Virus record (IMG/VR): IMGVR_UViG_3300037506_000247
Span: 1-60,606 of that record
Reading direction: 5' to 3' (one strand)
Source: a virus
Taxonomy: Duplodnaviria > Caudoviricetes
DNA length: 60,606 bases
The notes beneath the pieces were generated by a model. The model was not told the DNA's origin and did not search any database. It saw nothing but the letters and a program-made list of their open reading frames with translations. A program made the translations under genes and the position numbers. Below are positions 27,122-36,613 of this stretch, one piece after another. Each line of letters begins with the position of its first letter. The stretch's first letter is position 1.

Positions 27122-28291
27122 TCATCTTAACCGGTTTCTGACCAAAAGCTCCAAGGCGTCGAACCCCTCCCCCCGGAACGTAGCAGCCGCTCGGTAGCGC
27201 CTGGCCCCCATCGACGAGTCATGGCCCGTGTGCTCGACCAGCGAGGGTTGATGGACGAACTCGGACCAACCGGCCAAGTTCATTGCCGTGACGATGGCTC
27301 CGTCGATCCGCACGTTGCCCAACAAGCGCGGACCACCGTCGGCATAGGTCCGGGGCTTGCCGTCCGTGCTGCCTTTATGGTCGGGCCGCACGTCCGACAC
27401 TTTCTTAAGCATGTGGAACGACGACAGGCAGGCGCTCAGACCCTCGCGGGTGAAGCAGAGGGCGGCCGCTCCGTAGCCGATTTGAAGCGTCGGATCGTTG
27501 TTGTTGGGGTGGCCGCGGTGCCAACCGTCGGGCTTGCCCTTGACTGCCAGCTCGTTCGGGCCGTGCGTGTGGAGATTGAGGTAGCCGCGCTCCGGCCAAG
27601 GAACCGTGTCGAGATAAACCCGGAGGTTGCGGCAGGCCGCGATGTCATCCTGGAAGACGGCGAACCGGCCGGCCATGGGGTTGCGGATCAACAGTTCCCA
27701 GGCAGACAAGAGCCAATTGCCGACCGTCCTGATGCGCGGCCAACGAGCGGTGACTTCCAGCCCGTCGAAAGCGTCGATCCAGCCAGGCACGAACTCGGCT
27801 TTCAGACCATCCACGAACAAGCGCGGCCGGTCGAAGCCGGCGGCCCGGAGGGAGGCGAGTGAGGCCAGGAGCAGACCGCTCGTCCTCCGCTCCGGCACCG
27901 TGGTCACGCCGACGGCCCACGAGCGCGGGTCGGGCTTCGACGGCCGAGCTTGAGCTGCCGAAGCCAGCGCCGCGCGAGGGTCGGCCGTCGCTTGCTTGGG
28001 CACTTTGAGCCGCACGTTGCCCTTGCAGCCGGTGCAAGGTACAAGGTCCACGCCAGCGCGCTGCTGGCGTCCGCCGCGCGTGACCGCAGATCGCATCAGA
28101 TCGCTCTTGGTCGACGCCCCGGCGTAACCGGGGTGGCCTCTGGCCCACTGGTTCCGCGCCAGCCAATCCTCAACCGCGCCCTCGGTGATCCCCCACGCAG
28201 CCTGGTGCTCCGGCGAGCGCACGGCCAACAGACAGAGCACGCAGCCTTCGCCGAGGCAGAACGGGGTTCGGTGGAGGAAGTCTTGGATCAT
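27122..28291 (-). CDS. Glycosyltransferase (GT-A) with Cys-containing N-terminal extension
   Basis: WAVGVTTVPERR, AVFQDDI, GAAALCF, PSLVEHTG. Confidence 0.72.
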   Translation of the reverse strand: MIQDFLHRTPFCLGEGCVLCLLAVRSPEHQAAWGITEGAVEDWLARNQWARGHPGYAGASTKSDLMRSAVTRGGRQQRAGVDLVPCTGCKGNVRLKVPKQATADPRAALASAAQARPSKPDPRSWAVGVTTVPERRTSGLLLASLASLRAAGFDRPRLFVDGLKAEFVPGWIDAFDGLEVTARWPRIRTVGNWLLSAWELLIRNPMAGRFAVFQDDIAACRNLRVYLDTVPWPERGYLNLHTHGPNELAVKGKPDGWHRGHPNNNDPTLQIGYGAAALCFTREGLSACLSSFHMLKKVSDVRPDHKGSTDGKPRTYADGGPRLLGNVRIDGAIVTAMNLAGWSEFVHQPSLVEHTGHDSSMGARRYRAAATFRGEGFDALELLVRNRLR

Positions 28292-28292
28292 G

Positions 28293-29792
28293 TCAGTTCG
28301 TGATGGTCACCGAGATGCCGCCGGTGGCAGCAGTCTCGTCGCACTTGAAATTGCCTATCAAGTCGCTGCTGCCGATCAGAACCGGCGGCGGACACGAGTC
28401 TCTGAGCACCGTGAACCCCTGGATGATGGCCCCGCCAGCGGGCTTGCTCACTCTGAATATCATGTTCCCGGCCGTGCAGCCGAAGACGAGCTCAATCTCG
28501 CAGCCGAACCCGGAGGGCGTGCCGGTCCAAGACCATTCATACCCGCCGTCGTAGGACAGCACGTAGTTGCCAGTCAGATTGACGAAGTCGCCGGTCCCTT
28601 GAACTGCGACGTTCAAGCTGGTTTTCAAGCAACAGTCTTCACCACCGCCACAGTTCGGCGCGAACGGAACTTCGTCGCCGGCGCAGCCGCCCCCGCCGGT
28701 ACCAGTCCCGGTGTCCTCCGGGCAAGCCCCGGCAGTCAGCGTGAAGTCGCCGGCAAACTCGAACGCGGATGTTGTTGTGAGTTCCCCAGACAGCGGGAAA
28801 GAACATGGATCACTGATGAATCCCGAACCAGCCTCCGGCGGCAACCGCGGGATGCACCCATCAAACGTTAAGGTGCCAGTGCAGGGTGAGGTGGTGGTGG
28901 CGGTATAAGTGGCCCGGTCCCCGGGCTGCCCTCCCCACAAATGGAAAGGCCCGCCGAACCCGTCAGTCTGAAGGCCGCGCCACGGCAAATTGAAACTCCC
29001 GTTGCACGCTGGCCACGGCGAGTTGGTCACGGTCAGGCACAGGTCGGGTTGAGGCGACTCGTCGCAATCGTGACAGGCTCCGCCCGAGCCTGTCCCGGTG
29101 CCCGTCTCATCACAGGGCACGCACAATTCGATGGTCTTGACGCCGATGCTTGCCAGAGACACCACCGGGCAACAATCAGCGTCGGCGCTGACCTTGAAGA
29201 GGCCATGGCTGACCGCCAAGTAGTGCCCGTAAACCACGTCCACGTCGAGCACCATCGGTAGTTGAAACACCTCGCAGTCACACGGCGACGGTGAGAACGT
29301 GTCGACGATCCAATCACCCATCTTGTCGCGGTAGACCGGGACGAACTTGTCTCCGGGGATTGGGGACGTGGAAATGTTGAACACCGTTTTGACGAGGCCA
29401 TCGACCAGGTCCAGAATCTTGTCCTTCGGCCCCAACTCACCACGGTCTGGAGCGCCGACCAGACGGTAAATGAAGCAATCGGCGCGGCCGGGCACCCAAG
29501 AGTCATCCCAGGAATCCTGCCCTGGGGCCATGCCGGATCCGGTCCCCGTGCCTGTGCCGGTGTTGTCCCCCAGGTCGTGCCAGAGCGCCGGAATGCCGGT
29601 CGCCGGCGCGCGAGCAATGTGCACTTCCGGGGCGGGGTGCTCCTCGTGCTCGACCGCGCCGGGGTCGGAGTGCATGCTCAGGCGGTTTTTCGACCACCAG
29701 CCGAGCAGCTCCTCGAACAACACGGCCTCGGCCTCCGAGAGCGCGAAGCCCCGGCCGCGACCGTGCGATTGCGTGATGGGGTGCGGCATCAA
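28293..29792 (-). CDS. Cys-rich tail/receptor-binding protein with TGTGTG linkers
   Basis: End of the tail module. Three (TG)n linkers separate Cys-rich domains. Confidence 0.6.
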   Translation of the reverse strand: MMPHPITQSHGRGRGFALSEAEAVLFEELLGWWSKNRLSMHSDPGAVEHEEHPAPEVHIARAPATGIPALWHDLGDNTGTGTGTGSGMAPGQDSWDDSWVPGRADCFIYRLVGAPDRGELGPKDKILDLVDGLVKTVFNISTSPIPGDKFVPVYRDKMGDWIVDTFSPSPCDCEVFQLPMVLDVDVVYGHYLAVSHGLFKVSADADCCPVVSLASIGVKTIELCVPCDETGTGTGSGGACHDCDESPQPDLCLTVTNSPWPACNGSFNLPWRGLQTDGFGGPFHLWGGQPGDRATYTATTTSPCTGTLTFDGCIPRLPPEAGSGFISDPCSFPLSGELTTTSAFEFAGDFTLTAGACPEDTGTGTGGGGCAGDEVPFAPNCGGGEDCCLKTSLNVAVQGTGDFVNLTGNYVLSYDGGYEWSWTGTPSGFGCEIELVFGCTAGNMIFRVSKPAGGAIIQGFTVLRDSCPPPVLIGSSDLIGNFKCDETAATGGISVTITN

Positions 29793-29793
29793 C

Positions 29794-30219
29794 TCACCCT
29801 GGGACAGCGACGAGACGGAACCGAGCCTTGCGGTCAGCGGCAGCGCGAACCCTGATCGAGCAGCGCGGCTCGAAACAAGCGTCGCGGTTCGGGCCGAGAA
29901 CGATCAACCCGTTCGCGCCGAGCGTCACTTCGATGCCGGCGTCTCTCGACAAGTTCTTGATCCAAAGCAAGCCGGGTCGCGCGACCCAGCCGAAATCCAA
30001 CTCCTGCCAGTCGTCGTCGATGTCGAGTGTCCGTTCGTACGCTTGCTCGCGCGAGCGCAGCGGCACCGAGTAAGGATCGCCCCAACACCGAACCGGTAGG
30101 TTCTCCGGGCAATGGACGATGGATGTTCGCACCACCACGCGGTTGGTCGGCGGCGGACCGTCGCTCTCGAAGTTGCGTCGCCCATCCGGTGCGGCGGTCA
30201 AGTCGATTGGGTCAGGCAT
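29794..30219 (-). CDS. Putative minor tail protein
   Basis: GGGAG RBS. Position in the tail module. Confidence 0.55.
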   Translation of the reverse strand: MPDPIDLTAAPDGRRNFESDGPPPTNRVVVRTSIVHCPENLPVRCWGDPYSVPLRSREQAYERTLDIDDDWQELDFGWVARPGLLWIKNLSRDAGIEVTLGANGLIVLGPNRDACFEPRCSIRVRAAADRKARFRLVAVPG

Positions 30220-30241
30220 GGTTTTGCTCCCGTAGATCAGG

Positions 30242-30718
30242 TCAGCGCTCGTATGCCTCGATGGACACGTTGCAGGCGGCGATGTGCGAGATCAGCCACA
30301 GCCGGTTGTTGGCCGGTCCGGTTCCCGTCCCGGTCTGGTTGTAGGCTTCCAGCAAATTGCGCGACAAGTAGATCGGAATCTCCCACCCCGGCTGCAACTC
30401 GCCCAAGATCAACTTGCGGCCGGAGATCAAGTCCTCGATTCCGTAATCCACGTAGTAAATCGACGGGTCATCGCCGGGGTCTTCGCCGCTGGTCAATCCG
30501 TTGTGTTTGAAGACGCACCAACCCGGCGCGGTTAGCTCGGCCAGATCCACGAACAGGCCGGTAAGGGGCACATCGTAAGCGCCCGGCGCTGGCCCTTTGT
30601 TGCCGGCCACGTTCACGCGGAAGCTGCCGGAATGCCGGACGTTCATGAGCTGGACTTTTCCATCCGCGCTGCGCTTTCGGATGTTCAACTGGTACGTGAA
30701 CACGGATTCGTCGGCCAT
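30242..30718 (-). CDS. Putative minor tail protein
   Basis: Position. Contains QTGTGTG. Confidence 0.55.
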   Translation of the reverse strand: MADESVFTYQLNIRKRSADGKVQLMNVRHSGSFRVNVAGNKGPAPGAYDVPLTGLFVDLAELTAPGWCVFKHNGLTSGEDPGDDPSIYYVDYGIEDLISGRKLILGELQPGWEIPIYLSRNLLEAYNQTGTGTGPANNRLWLISHIAACNVSIEAYER

Positions 30719-30730
30719 GGCGCGCCCCTT

Positions 30731-32170
30731 TCATTCCAGCGTTGCCGGGATTCTCAGCTGCGCGATGAAGTCAACTTGCGGGTACTTCTCGATGCGCCTC
30801 GTGCCCGGCGAGCTGGCCACGGCCGGACTGACCGTTGCCGTCGCCGGGCAGAAGATGCTGTTGGCCTCGACTCCCGTCAGGTCGTTGGCACCCAGACAAT
30901 TCCAGGAGCCGGCGGGTTTCTCCCAAACCTGATTGCCCAAATCCACGCCAGCCGCTGATCTCAAGCCGATCACGGTCAGCCGCCAGACTGAGGAAGCCGC
31001 GACGTATTCCAGCAGGATGGAAATCAGTCCGCCGTTGATGATGTTCGACGGAGATTGAATGTTTGACTGCAGCCAGGTGCAACTCACGAAGTGCGGGATC
31101 AAGTTCCCGGCGACGCCGTCCACGACCCAACTGATCGACGAGTAGTAGACCGGCCACGCGTTTTGGACGTGCCAGCGCGTCGGCGCTCCGGACGAGCACT
31201 GCGTGCACGCTGTCGTGGTCGCCCCAGCCACGGGAGAGTACGGCCTGCCCGTGCCATCGAGAATCACGCGCGTGATATTGCCGTTCTGATCCTGGAACCG
31301 AATGTAATCGCCGGGGTTGGCCGGGTTCGGATTGCCGACTAGCACCCAGGACCAGATCGGCGTGGCGGCGGTCCCGAAGTTCTGCCAGCGCCCGCGCAGC
31401 ACCTTGGTGCCTTCGTCAAGCACGTCTCGGTCCCAGCCGGACCCAACCAGGCCGGTGGTCGGGTCCTTGCGCGTCCACGACTCGAACGTGAACACACGCC
31501 GGAAGATTGTCTGATGAGCCCAAAACAACTCATCCCAGGTGAAGTCGGACAACTTCCAACAGCGGGCCGGCAAGTTCCACATTTCAGCGCTGTTGACCGC
31601 GTTCTTCGCGCTCTCGACCAGCTCAAGCTCCAGGGTCGGGCTGATCTGCTCGATGCGAACGGTCGAGCGACCCATGTCCCATTCGTTTTGCGGCCCCCTG
31701 ATCTGCTCCAACGAACTGTTGGTGATCCGCTTGCCGTGTCTATCATGAGTCGCCTCTTCGGTGTATTTGACGTTGCCGCCCGAGCGCTTGTCGCGCTCCA
31801 AGTACGGGTCTTCGCGCTCGTCCGAACTGACCGGCCGCTTGACGTACCGGGTTGTGTAAGTCAAATCAACCAGCCAGAACCGGGTCGGGCCGACCACCTT
31901 CGGATCGCGGTAAACACGCGCGTTGGGGAGCAGGTAAGCCCAGGGTTCGGGATTGTTGCTCTCGAAGCCGGTCGAACTGAGCAGCTCACCGGGCGGATGA
32001 GTGTTCCTGACCAACGTCCGGATCGAGTGCGGTGATTCAAAGCCAACCCCCGCCTGCCCAACCTCTGAGGATGTGTCTTCAACGCGCACCGTCACCTTGT
32101 AGGTTTTGTGGCCCTCCTCATCCTCCTCCATGCTGAAATCGACCGGCTCGTTGATCAGCTCAAGGCTCAT
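30731..32170 (-). CDS. Tail tip/distal tail protein with inserted Cys-containing domain
   Basis: Immediately downstream of the tape measure gene. Confidence 0.6.
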   Translation of the reverse strand: MSLELINEPVDFSMEEDEEGHKTYKVTVRVEDTSSEVGQAGVGFESPHSIRTLVRNTHPPGELLSSTGFESNNPEPWAYLLPNARVYRDPKVVGPTRFWLVDLTYTTRYVKRPVSSDEREDPYLERDKRSGGNVKYTEEATHDRHGKRITNSSLEQIRGPQNEWDMGRSTVRIEQISPTLELELVESAKNAVNSAEMWNLPARCWKLSDFTWDELFWAHQTIFRRVFTFESWTRKDPTTGLVGSGWDRDVLDEGTKVLRGRWQNFGTAATPIWSWVLVGNPNPANPGDYIRFQDQNGNITRVILDGTGRPYSPVAGATTTACTQCSSGAPTRWHVQNAWPVYYSSISWVVDGVAGNLIPHFVSCTWLQSNIQSPSNIINGGLISILLEYVAASSVWRLTVIGLRSAAGVDLGNQVWEKPAGSWNCLGANDLTGVEANSIFCPATATVSPAVASSPGTRRIEKYPQVDFIAQLRIPATLE

Positions 32171-34149
32171 CAGCTCACCCCCGCCGGCAAGGGCGCAGTC
32201 TGTTGGCCGCCTTGAGCCGCCTGACCGCCAACGGCCGTTCGGATCGCGGACAGGATGTCGCGGATGTCGCGCAGGATGCCTTCGGAACCGCCGAATCCGA
32301 CAGATTGCACGGTGACTGGAGCCTGAGATTGAGGCGCGGCTTGCGCTGGAGCCGGTTGAGCGGCTGTGAACGGCGCTGGAGCGCTGGCGGCGGCGGGCTG
32401 CGCTTGCTGGACAATCGTCTGGAACGACCCGGCCTGCTGTTGAATCTGTTGAACCGTGAGGGCTTGCTGCGCCGCGGTCTGAGCGGCTGCGCCAACGGAG
32501 AGCTGGGCTTGAGGTTGCGCCGCGGTCTGCACTTGCCGCTGTTGAGCCAAGAGGCCTTCGCGAGTGGACGCGGTCGTCGCGGCCGCCGACAACTGCCGTT
32601 CATACTCGGCAATTCGCGCCACGGCCTCGGCCGAGAATGCCCTGGTCCCTTCGATCCGCTCCAGGGGCTGTTGAAGGGCGCGCAAGGCCTCGAGCTGCCG
32701 AACTTCGGCCGAAGCGGCGTTGAGGTTGGCCTCAGAGACGCCGTCCATGGCCATGCGGAACAACTCAGCCCGCTCCGAGGTCAGGCCCATCGTGTTTGCC
32801 TGGTCCCTCAGACCGCGGCGAAAGTTGCCGAGGTTGATCCGGTTGAGTTGGTCGCGAGTCTGGGTCAGGATCGGGTTCAACTGCTCGAAGGCGCTCTGGA
32901 GGGTGCCCACCGCCGGATTGGCCCGCAGGAACTCCTGGGCCATCGAAGTGACGCGCTGCTGTACGTCGGTTTGACCGGCACGGTCGGCCTCGTCGGTCAG
33001 CTCGCGCAGCTGGAGGCTCATCCGGCCGATGTCGGCGGTTGCCTCGGCAGTTCGCTGCCGCTCATGGGAGGCCGCCAACATGTTCAGGGCTTCGGTTAGC
33101 GGGATCGTGGCCTGCCTGGCAAGTTGTTGGGCTTCGGCGTACCTTTTGGCCTCTCGTTCGGCCATCCCGGTCCGCGCCGCCTCCTCCTCCAGGGCCTGAG
33201 CCGCGTCGCGGCTGGCTTGCGTGCCTCTCTCGACGGCGGCCTCCCGCTGCAGCCGCTGGACCCTGGGATCGCTTTGAAGCCTGGCCAGGCTGGCGCGGGA
33301 CTCCTCGACCCTGTCAACCACGCGCCCCAGAGCCGCTTCGACAGGACCGGTGCCGGTGAACAGGCTGGACCACCAATCCCAGCGCATCCGCCAGAATCCC
33401 GGATTCATGGCCCCGGCCACGTCCTCCAGACCACTCGTGATCGCTTCGACGCTCACGTCGGACATGGCCTGGGAGGCGGTCCTGGCTCCCTGCACCGTCT
33501 GCATGAAAGCGCCCTTGGCCTTCTCGCGGGCTTTGTCTAAGTTTTCGGACCACTTGGAGAGCATGTCAACGCCGATGCCGATGGCCGTGGCCGCCGCGCC
33601 GACACCGACGCCCATGAACGCCCCTTTGAGCAGGCTGCCACTCGACGCCAGACCGCCGACGGCCCGCTTGGCTGTCTCCATCGCCTCAACGGCCATCCAA
33701 ACCCCGTGCGCGGCGGACGGCGGCAGGATCGCGGTCGAGCCGAGCAACGACAGTCCCTTGCGAAGGTCTCGGCCCTTCAGCCCGGCCGTCTCGAACCCGG
33801 AAGCCAACTTGTCCTGAGCCGCCTTCATGCGCTCCAACTGAGGAGCCAGCTTGGCCAAGGCCTGCTGGAGAGACACGTTGTTGTCCGCCGCGAACCTCTC
33901 GGCCACCGCCAAGCGCTGAGACTCGCCGGCCGACAGCTTCGAGGCCGCCGCCTGCCTCTCCAAGCCGGCGACCATCTCCTCGATGGAACCAAGACCTCGC
34001 TCCGCGCTGCCCGGTGCGAACTGGACGGCCGCGATCTGGTCCGCCGTCTTGACTGTGGCCTGCTGCGCCTGGGCGAGCGAAGCTTCGTAGCCGCGCACGT
34101 CGCCCACCAGTCGGACCACCAGGCGCTCAAGTTCTGTTTCGGCCGCCAT
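32170..34149 (-). CDS. Tape measure protein
   Basis: MAAETELERLVVRLVGD N-terminus, Ala-rich helical composition, follows the chaperone pair. Confidence 0.85.
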   Translation of the reverse strand: MAAETELERLVVRLVGDVRGYEASLAQAQQATVKTADQIAAVQFAPGSAERGLGSIEEMVAGLERQAAASKLSAGESQRLAVAERFAADNNVSLQQALAKLAPQLERMKAAQDKLASGFETAGLKGRDLRKGLSLLGSTAILPPSAAHGVWMAVEAMETAKRAVGGLASSGSLLKGAFMGVGVGAAATAIGIGVDMLSKWSENLDKAREKAKGAFMQTVQGARTASQAMSDVSVEAITSGLEDVAGAMNPGFWRMRWDWWSSLFTGTGPVEAALGRVVDRVEESRASLARLQSDPRVQRLQREAAVERGTQASRDAAQALEEEAARTGMAEREAKRYAEAQQLARQATIPLTEALNMLAASHERQRTAEATADIGRMSLQLRELTDEADRAGQTDVQQRVTSMAQEFLRANPAVGTLQSAFEQLNPILTQTRDQLNRINLGNFRRGLRDQANTMGLTSERAELFRMAMDGVSEANLNAASAEVRQLEALRALQQPLERIEGTRAFSAEAVARIAEYERQLSAAATTASTREGLLAQQRQVQTAAQPQAQLSVGAAAQTAAQQALTVQQIQQQAGSFQTIVQQAQPAAASAPAPFTAAQPAPAQAAPQSQAPVTVQSVGFGGSEGILRDIRDILSAIRTAVGGQAAQGGQQTAPLPAGVS

Positions 34150-34173
34150 GTTCGTCTCGCGAGTCTAGGATCG

Positions 34174-34500
34174 TTACTTGCTCTTGTTTTTGCGGCTAAC
34201 TCCGGACAAGAGCAGCTCGCGCGCCTTGAACTTGCCGGCTTCCGAGCGCTTGATGGTTACCACCGTCGCGCCCGTCAGCTCACCCAGCTTCATGGCCGCG
34301 CGCTTCGGAGACTCGGCCACCTGCCGGTCCCACTCCTCGAACGGAATCTCCGGCTTCGGCGGAAGCAACCCCAGCCAATCCAGCCAGGCCAGGAACTGAA
34401 GGTGGGTCAGCGGGCCGGACCAGCCCATCAGCTCGTTCAAGGATACGCCGCGCTCGTGCGCCAGGCGGAGGTGCCCCGCCCAGCGCGCGCTCAGTTTTTT
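34174..34500 (-). CDS. Tail assembly chaperone, -1 frameshift extension (gpGT-like)
   Basis: The -1 frame after the slippery site reads KLSARWAGHLRLAHERGVSLNELMGW..FLAW. Confidence 0.75.
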   Translation of the reverse strand, partial: KKLSARWAGHLRLAHERGVSLNELMGWSGPLTHLQFLAWLDWLGLLPPKPEIPFEEWDRQVAESPKRAAMKLGELTGATVVTIKRSEAGKFKARELLLSGVSRKNKSK

Positions 34501-34838
34501 GCGTCTTCCGCCGTCGCTCCGAATCCGCCGGCCTGGAAGCACCAATCGTACATCACAGTGATCGAAGCCGGTTGAAACCTCTGGCGCACGAAGTCCGCGC
34601 CGACCGGCTTGCCGTCGCTGTTGTGAAGGCAAAGTCCGACCAGGAGGGCGCGGGTCGAGGCGTGCAGTTTCTCGAAGCGCACCTGTTTGCCGGTCTCGGC
34701 GTCGAAGGTCGCGCCGGCCAACTTGGCGTCGTTCCAGTCGCAGTACTCGGCCTCGCCGGGTGAGCGCAGGACGTACTTGCCACCTTCGTCGTCCTCGACC
34801 TCCACCTGCTGCGGCTTGAGGGTCTTGACTTTCAGCAT
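34491..34838 (-). CDS. Tail assembly chaperone (gpG-like)
   Basis: Between tail tube and tape measure genes. Ends EDAKN. Confidence 0.8.
   Translation of the reverse strand: MLKVKTLKPQQVEVEDDEGGKYVLRSPGEAEYCDWNDAKLAGATFDAETGKQVRFEKLHASTRALLVGLCLHNSDGKPVGADFVRQRFQPASITVMYDWCFQAGGFGATAEDAKN
34494..34500 (-). other. Programmed -1 frameshift slippery heptamer A AAA AAC
   Basis: GCA AAA AAC TGA at the end of the chaperone gene. Confidence 0.8.
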
Positions 34839-34891
34839 AACCTTTGCTCCTGTGGTTGGCTGCCTTCGGCGCGGGCGAAGGGTTCGCCCGC

Positions 34892-35386
34892 CTAGCTGCC
34901 GGACACGTTGACGAACACCGGGCCGGCCTCGACGCGGTTGACCGGGTCCCAGTTGGTCGGCTGGTTCGTCAGCGTGGCCCGCCCCTTCTGGCCCCGCACC
35001 AGGTTGTCAAACTCGACCTGAAGCAGAAAGCCGTAGTAAGCCTGAGTCGAACCATCGTAGAACGTCTCGGTGATGACCTGCGCGGTCGAGCCGGATTTCT
35101 CGACGTTGACCAGGCCGATCAACGTGTTCTTGAACTGCGGGTCGTACTTAACGATCTGCGATGACGCCGTGGCTTCGAGGATTTGTTGAGCGCGGAAGAT
35201 GCGCCAGCGAACGAGCCACATCGAATCCTGCTCGATGGGTTCCATGCCGTTGACGCCGAACGGCTTGACCTCGACTTCCTCGACCTCGAGGTCAGGGTCA
35301 AGCGCGTAGGTCATCTTGGTGCGGAACCCGTCGTGGACCATGATCCCGGTTGGGGTTTGCCTGGCGGTTGCGGCTGGTGCTGCCAT
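34892..35386 (-). CDS. Major tail tube protein
   Basis: Position, AAGGAG RBS, TFYDGST..YGFL pattern. Confidence 0.75.
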   Translation of the reverse strand: MAAPAATARQTPTGIMVHDGFRTKMTYALDPDLEVEEVEVKPFGVNGMEPIEQDSMWLVRWRIFRAQQILEATASSQIVKYDPQFKNTLIGLVNVEKSGSTAQVITETFYDGSTQAYYGFLLQVEFDNLVRGQKGRATLTNQPTNWDPVNRVEAGPVFVNVSGS

Positions 35387-35418
35387 CTCTGACTCTCCTT
35401 TCGTTCATGGGGTCGCGC

Positions 35419-35889
35419 TCAGCTCAGTTGCTTGAGCACGACCGTGCCGTTGACGGAGTGGAAGAAACGGTTCGACCCCTCCTCTAGTCCCAGCGGCAGC
35501 ACGTCGCCGACGCTGTCAAAATCGTTGATCCGGTAAGTGCCGGCCGGCACACCGTCTGCCGCTGGCACGGTCACGTCCATGCCGTAAACCCGCGTCTCCA
35601 TCGCGTCGCGGATCGACTCGGCCTTCTGCGCTCCGACGTTGGAAAGCCGCGAGCGGATCAGCACTTGCACCCCGAAGCTGCGCTCGATGATTCCGGTGAT
35701 CATCGAACTGCCCTGAGTCCTTCCGGTGGTCGTCTTGACCACCAGCACCTCGTCGGGCGAGTCGGGTTCGATGTCCACCGAGACTTGCCAAGCCGTCGAG
35801 GAACCGTCCACTTCGACACCCAGGCCGAGGTCGATCAAGGCCTGCGCGGCGACGTCCGCGGCCGAGTGAGTCAGGAGTCCGGCGCTCAT
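35419..35889 (-). CDS. Tail terminator/completion protein
   Basis: EPDSPD..VQVLIRS..LGLEEGSNRFFHSVN. Position. Confidence 0.7.
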   Translation of the reverse strand: MSAGLLTHSAADVAAQALIDLGLGVEVDGSSTAWQVSVDIEPDSPDEVLVVKTTTGRTQGSSMITGIIERSFGVQVLIRSRLSNVGAQKAESIRDAMETRVYGMDVTVPAADGVPAGTYRINDFDSVGDVLPLGLEEGSNRFFHSVNGTVVLKQLS

Positions 35890-36122
35890 CCTCCTGCCTC
35901 CTGTTCGGCGACCGCAGTGATGATCCGGAACCGCGCCAACTCGATCAGGCCGAGGGCCTGAGACGCCGCGCCGCGCCAGCGCAGCAAGTTCTCGCTGCGC
36001 CCCTCCCCCTCCTCGGCCGCGCGTTCGGCAGTGAACAGCATCGCTCCGAACCGCGAAGCCAACTCAGACACCAGCTCCTCAGTGTCGAACAGCTCCAGGT
36101 CAGGCCGGCAATTGTCTTCCAT
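35886..36122 (-). CDS. Hypothetical protein
   Basis: GAGG RBS. ATGA overlap downstream. Confidence 0.6.
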   Translation of the reverse strand: MEDNCRPDLELFDTEELVSELASRFGAMLFTAERAAEEGEGRSENLLRWRGAASQALGLIELARFRIITAVAEQEAGG

Positions 36123-36187
36123 TTTGTTTCCCACCTCGCCGCTCCCCCAACCCCGAACTCGACTCGAACGGCATCACGGCTGGCCCC

Positions 36188-36613
36188 TCATGTGCTGATC
36201 CGCGGCTTGGTTTTGACGCGCAACTCCAGTCCGACGCTGCCGCCGGCCGCCAGCACGATCTTGTACTCGAGCAGCCGCCACTCGCCGGGGTCAGCCAAGT
36301 AAAGCGCGTCCACGTCGTGGCGGAAGTTGTAGCCGTAAAGGTCCTCGGCCCAGCCGGCGGTTTGCAGCGCGTCGAAGATGTTGGCCGAGGCTGTCAACGT
36401 CGGTGCGGGCGTCACCTCCACGCCCGCCTCCGCATCGCGGTCAGTGCCGATGTCATACACCCTGCATGTGATCGAGGAAACGTCCGCCTGCTTGACGACC
36501 GGCCCCTCGCCTTGAACCACCTCGCTGCCGGTCCCGGCCAGGGCCGTCACCCGGCGCAGGTGGGACACCGGTATGTCCTCGAAGGTTTCGGCGTAGAGGA
36601 TTGGAGCACTCAT
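36188..36613 (-). CDS. Putative structural protein
   Basis: GGAGG RBS, start MSAPIL. ATGA overlap with the upstream fibre gene. Confidence 0.65.
   Translation of the reverse strand: MSAPILYAETFEDIPVSHLRRVTALAGTGSEVVQGEGPVVKQADVSSITCRVYDIGTDRDAEAGVEVTPAPTLTASANIFDALQTAGWAEDLYGYNFRHDVDALYLADPGEWRLLEYKIVLAAGGSVGLELRVKTKPRIST

Noticed and set aside
28293-32170. Diversity-generating retroelement acting on tail genes
   Set aside because: No reverse transcriptase and no template/variable repeat pair were visible.
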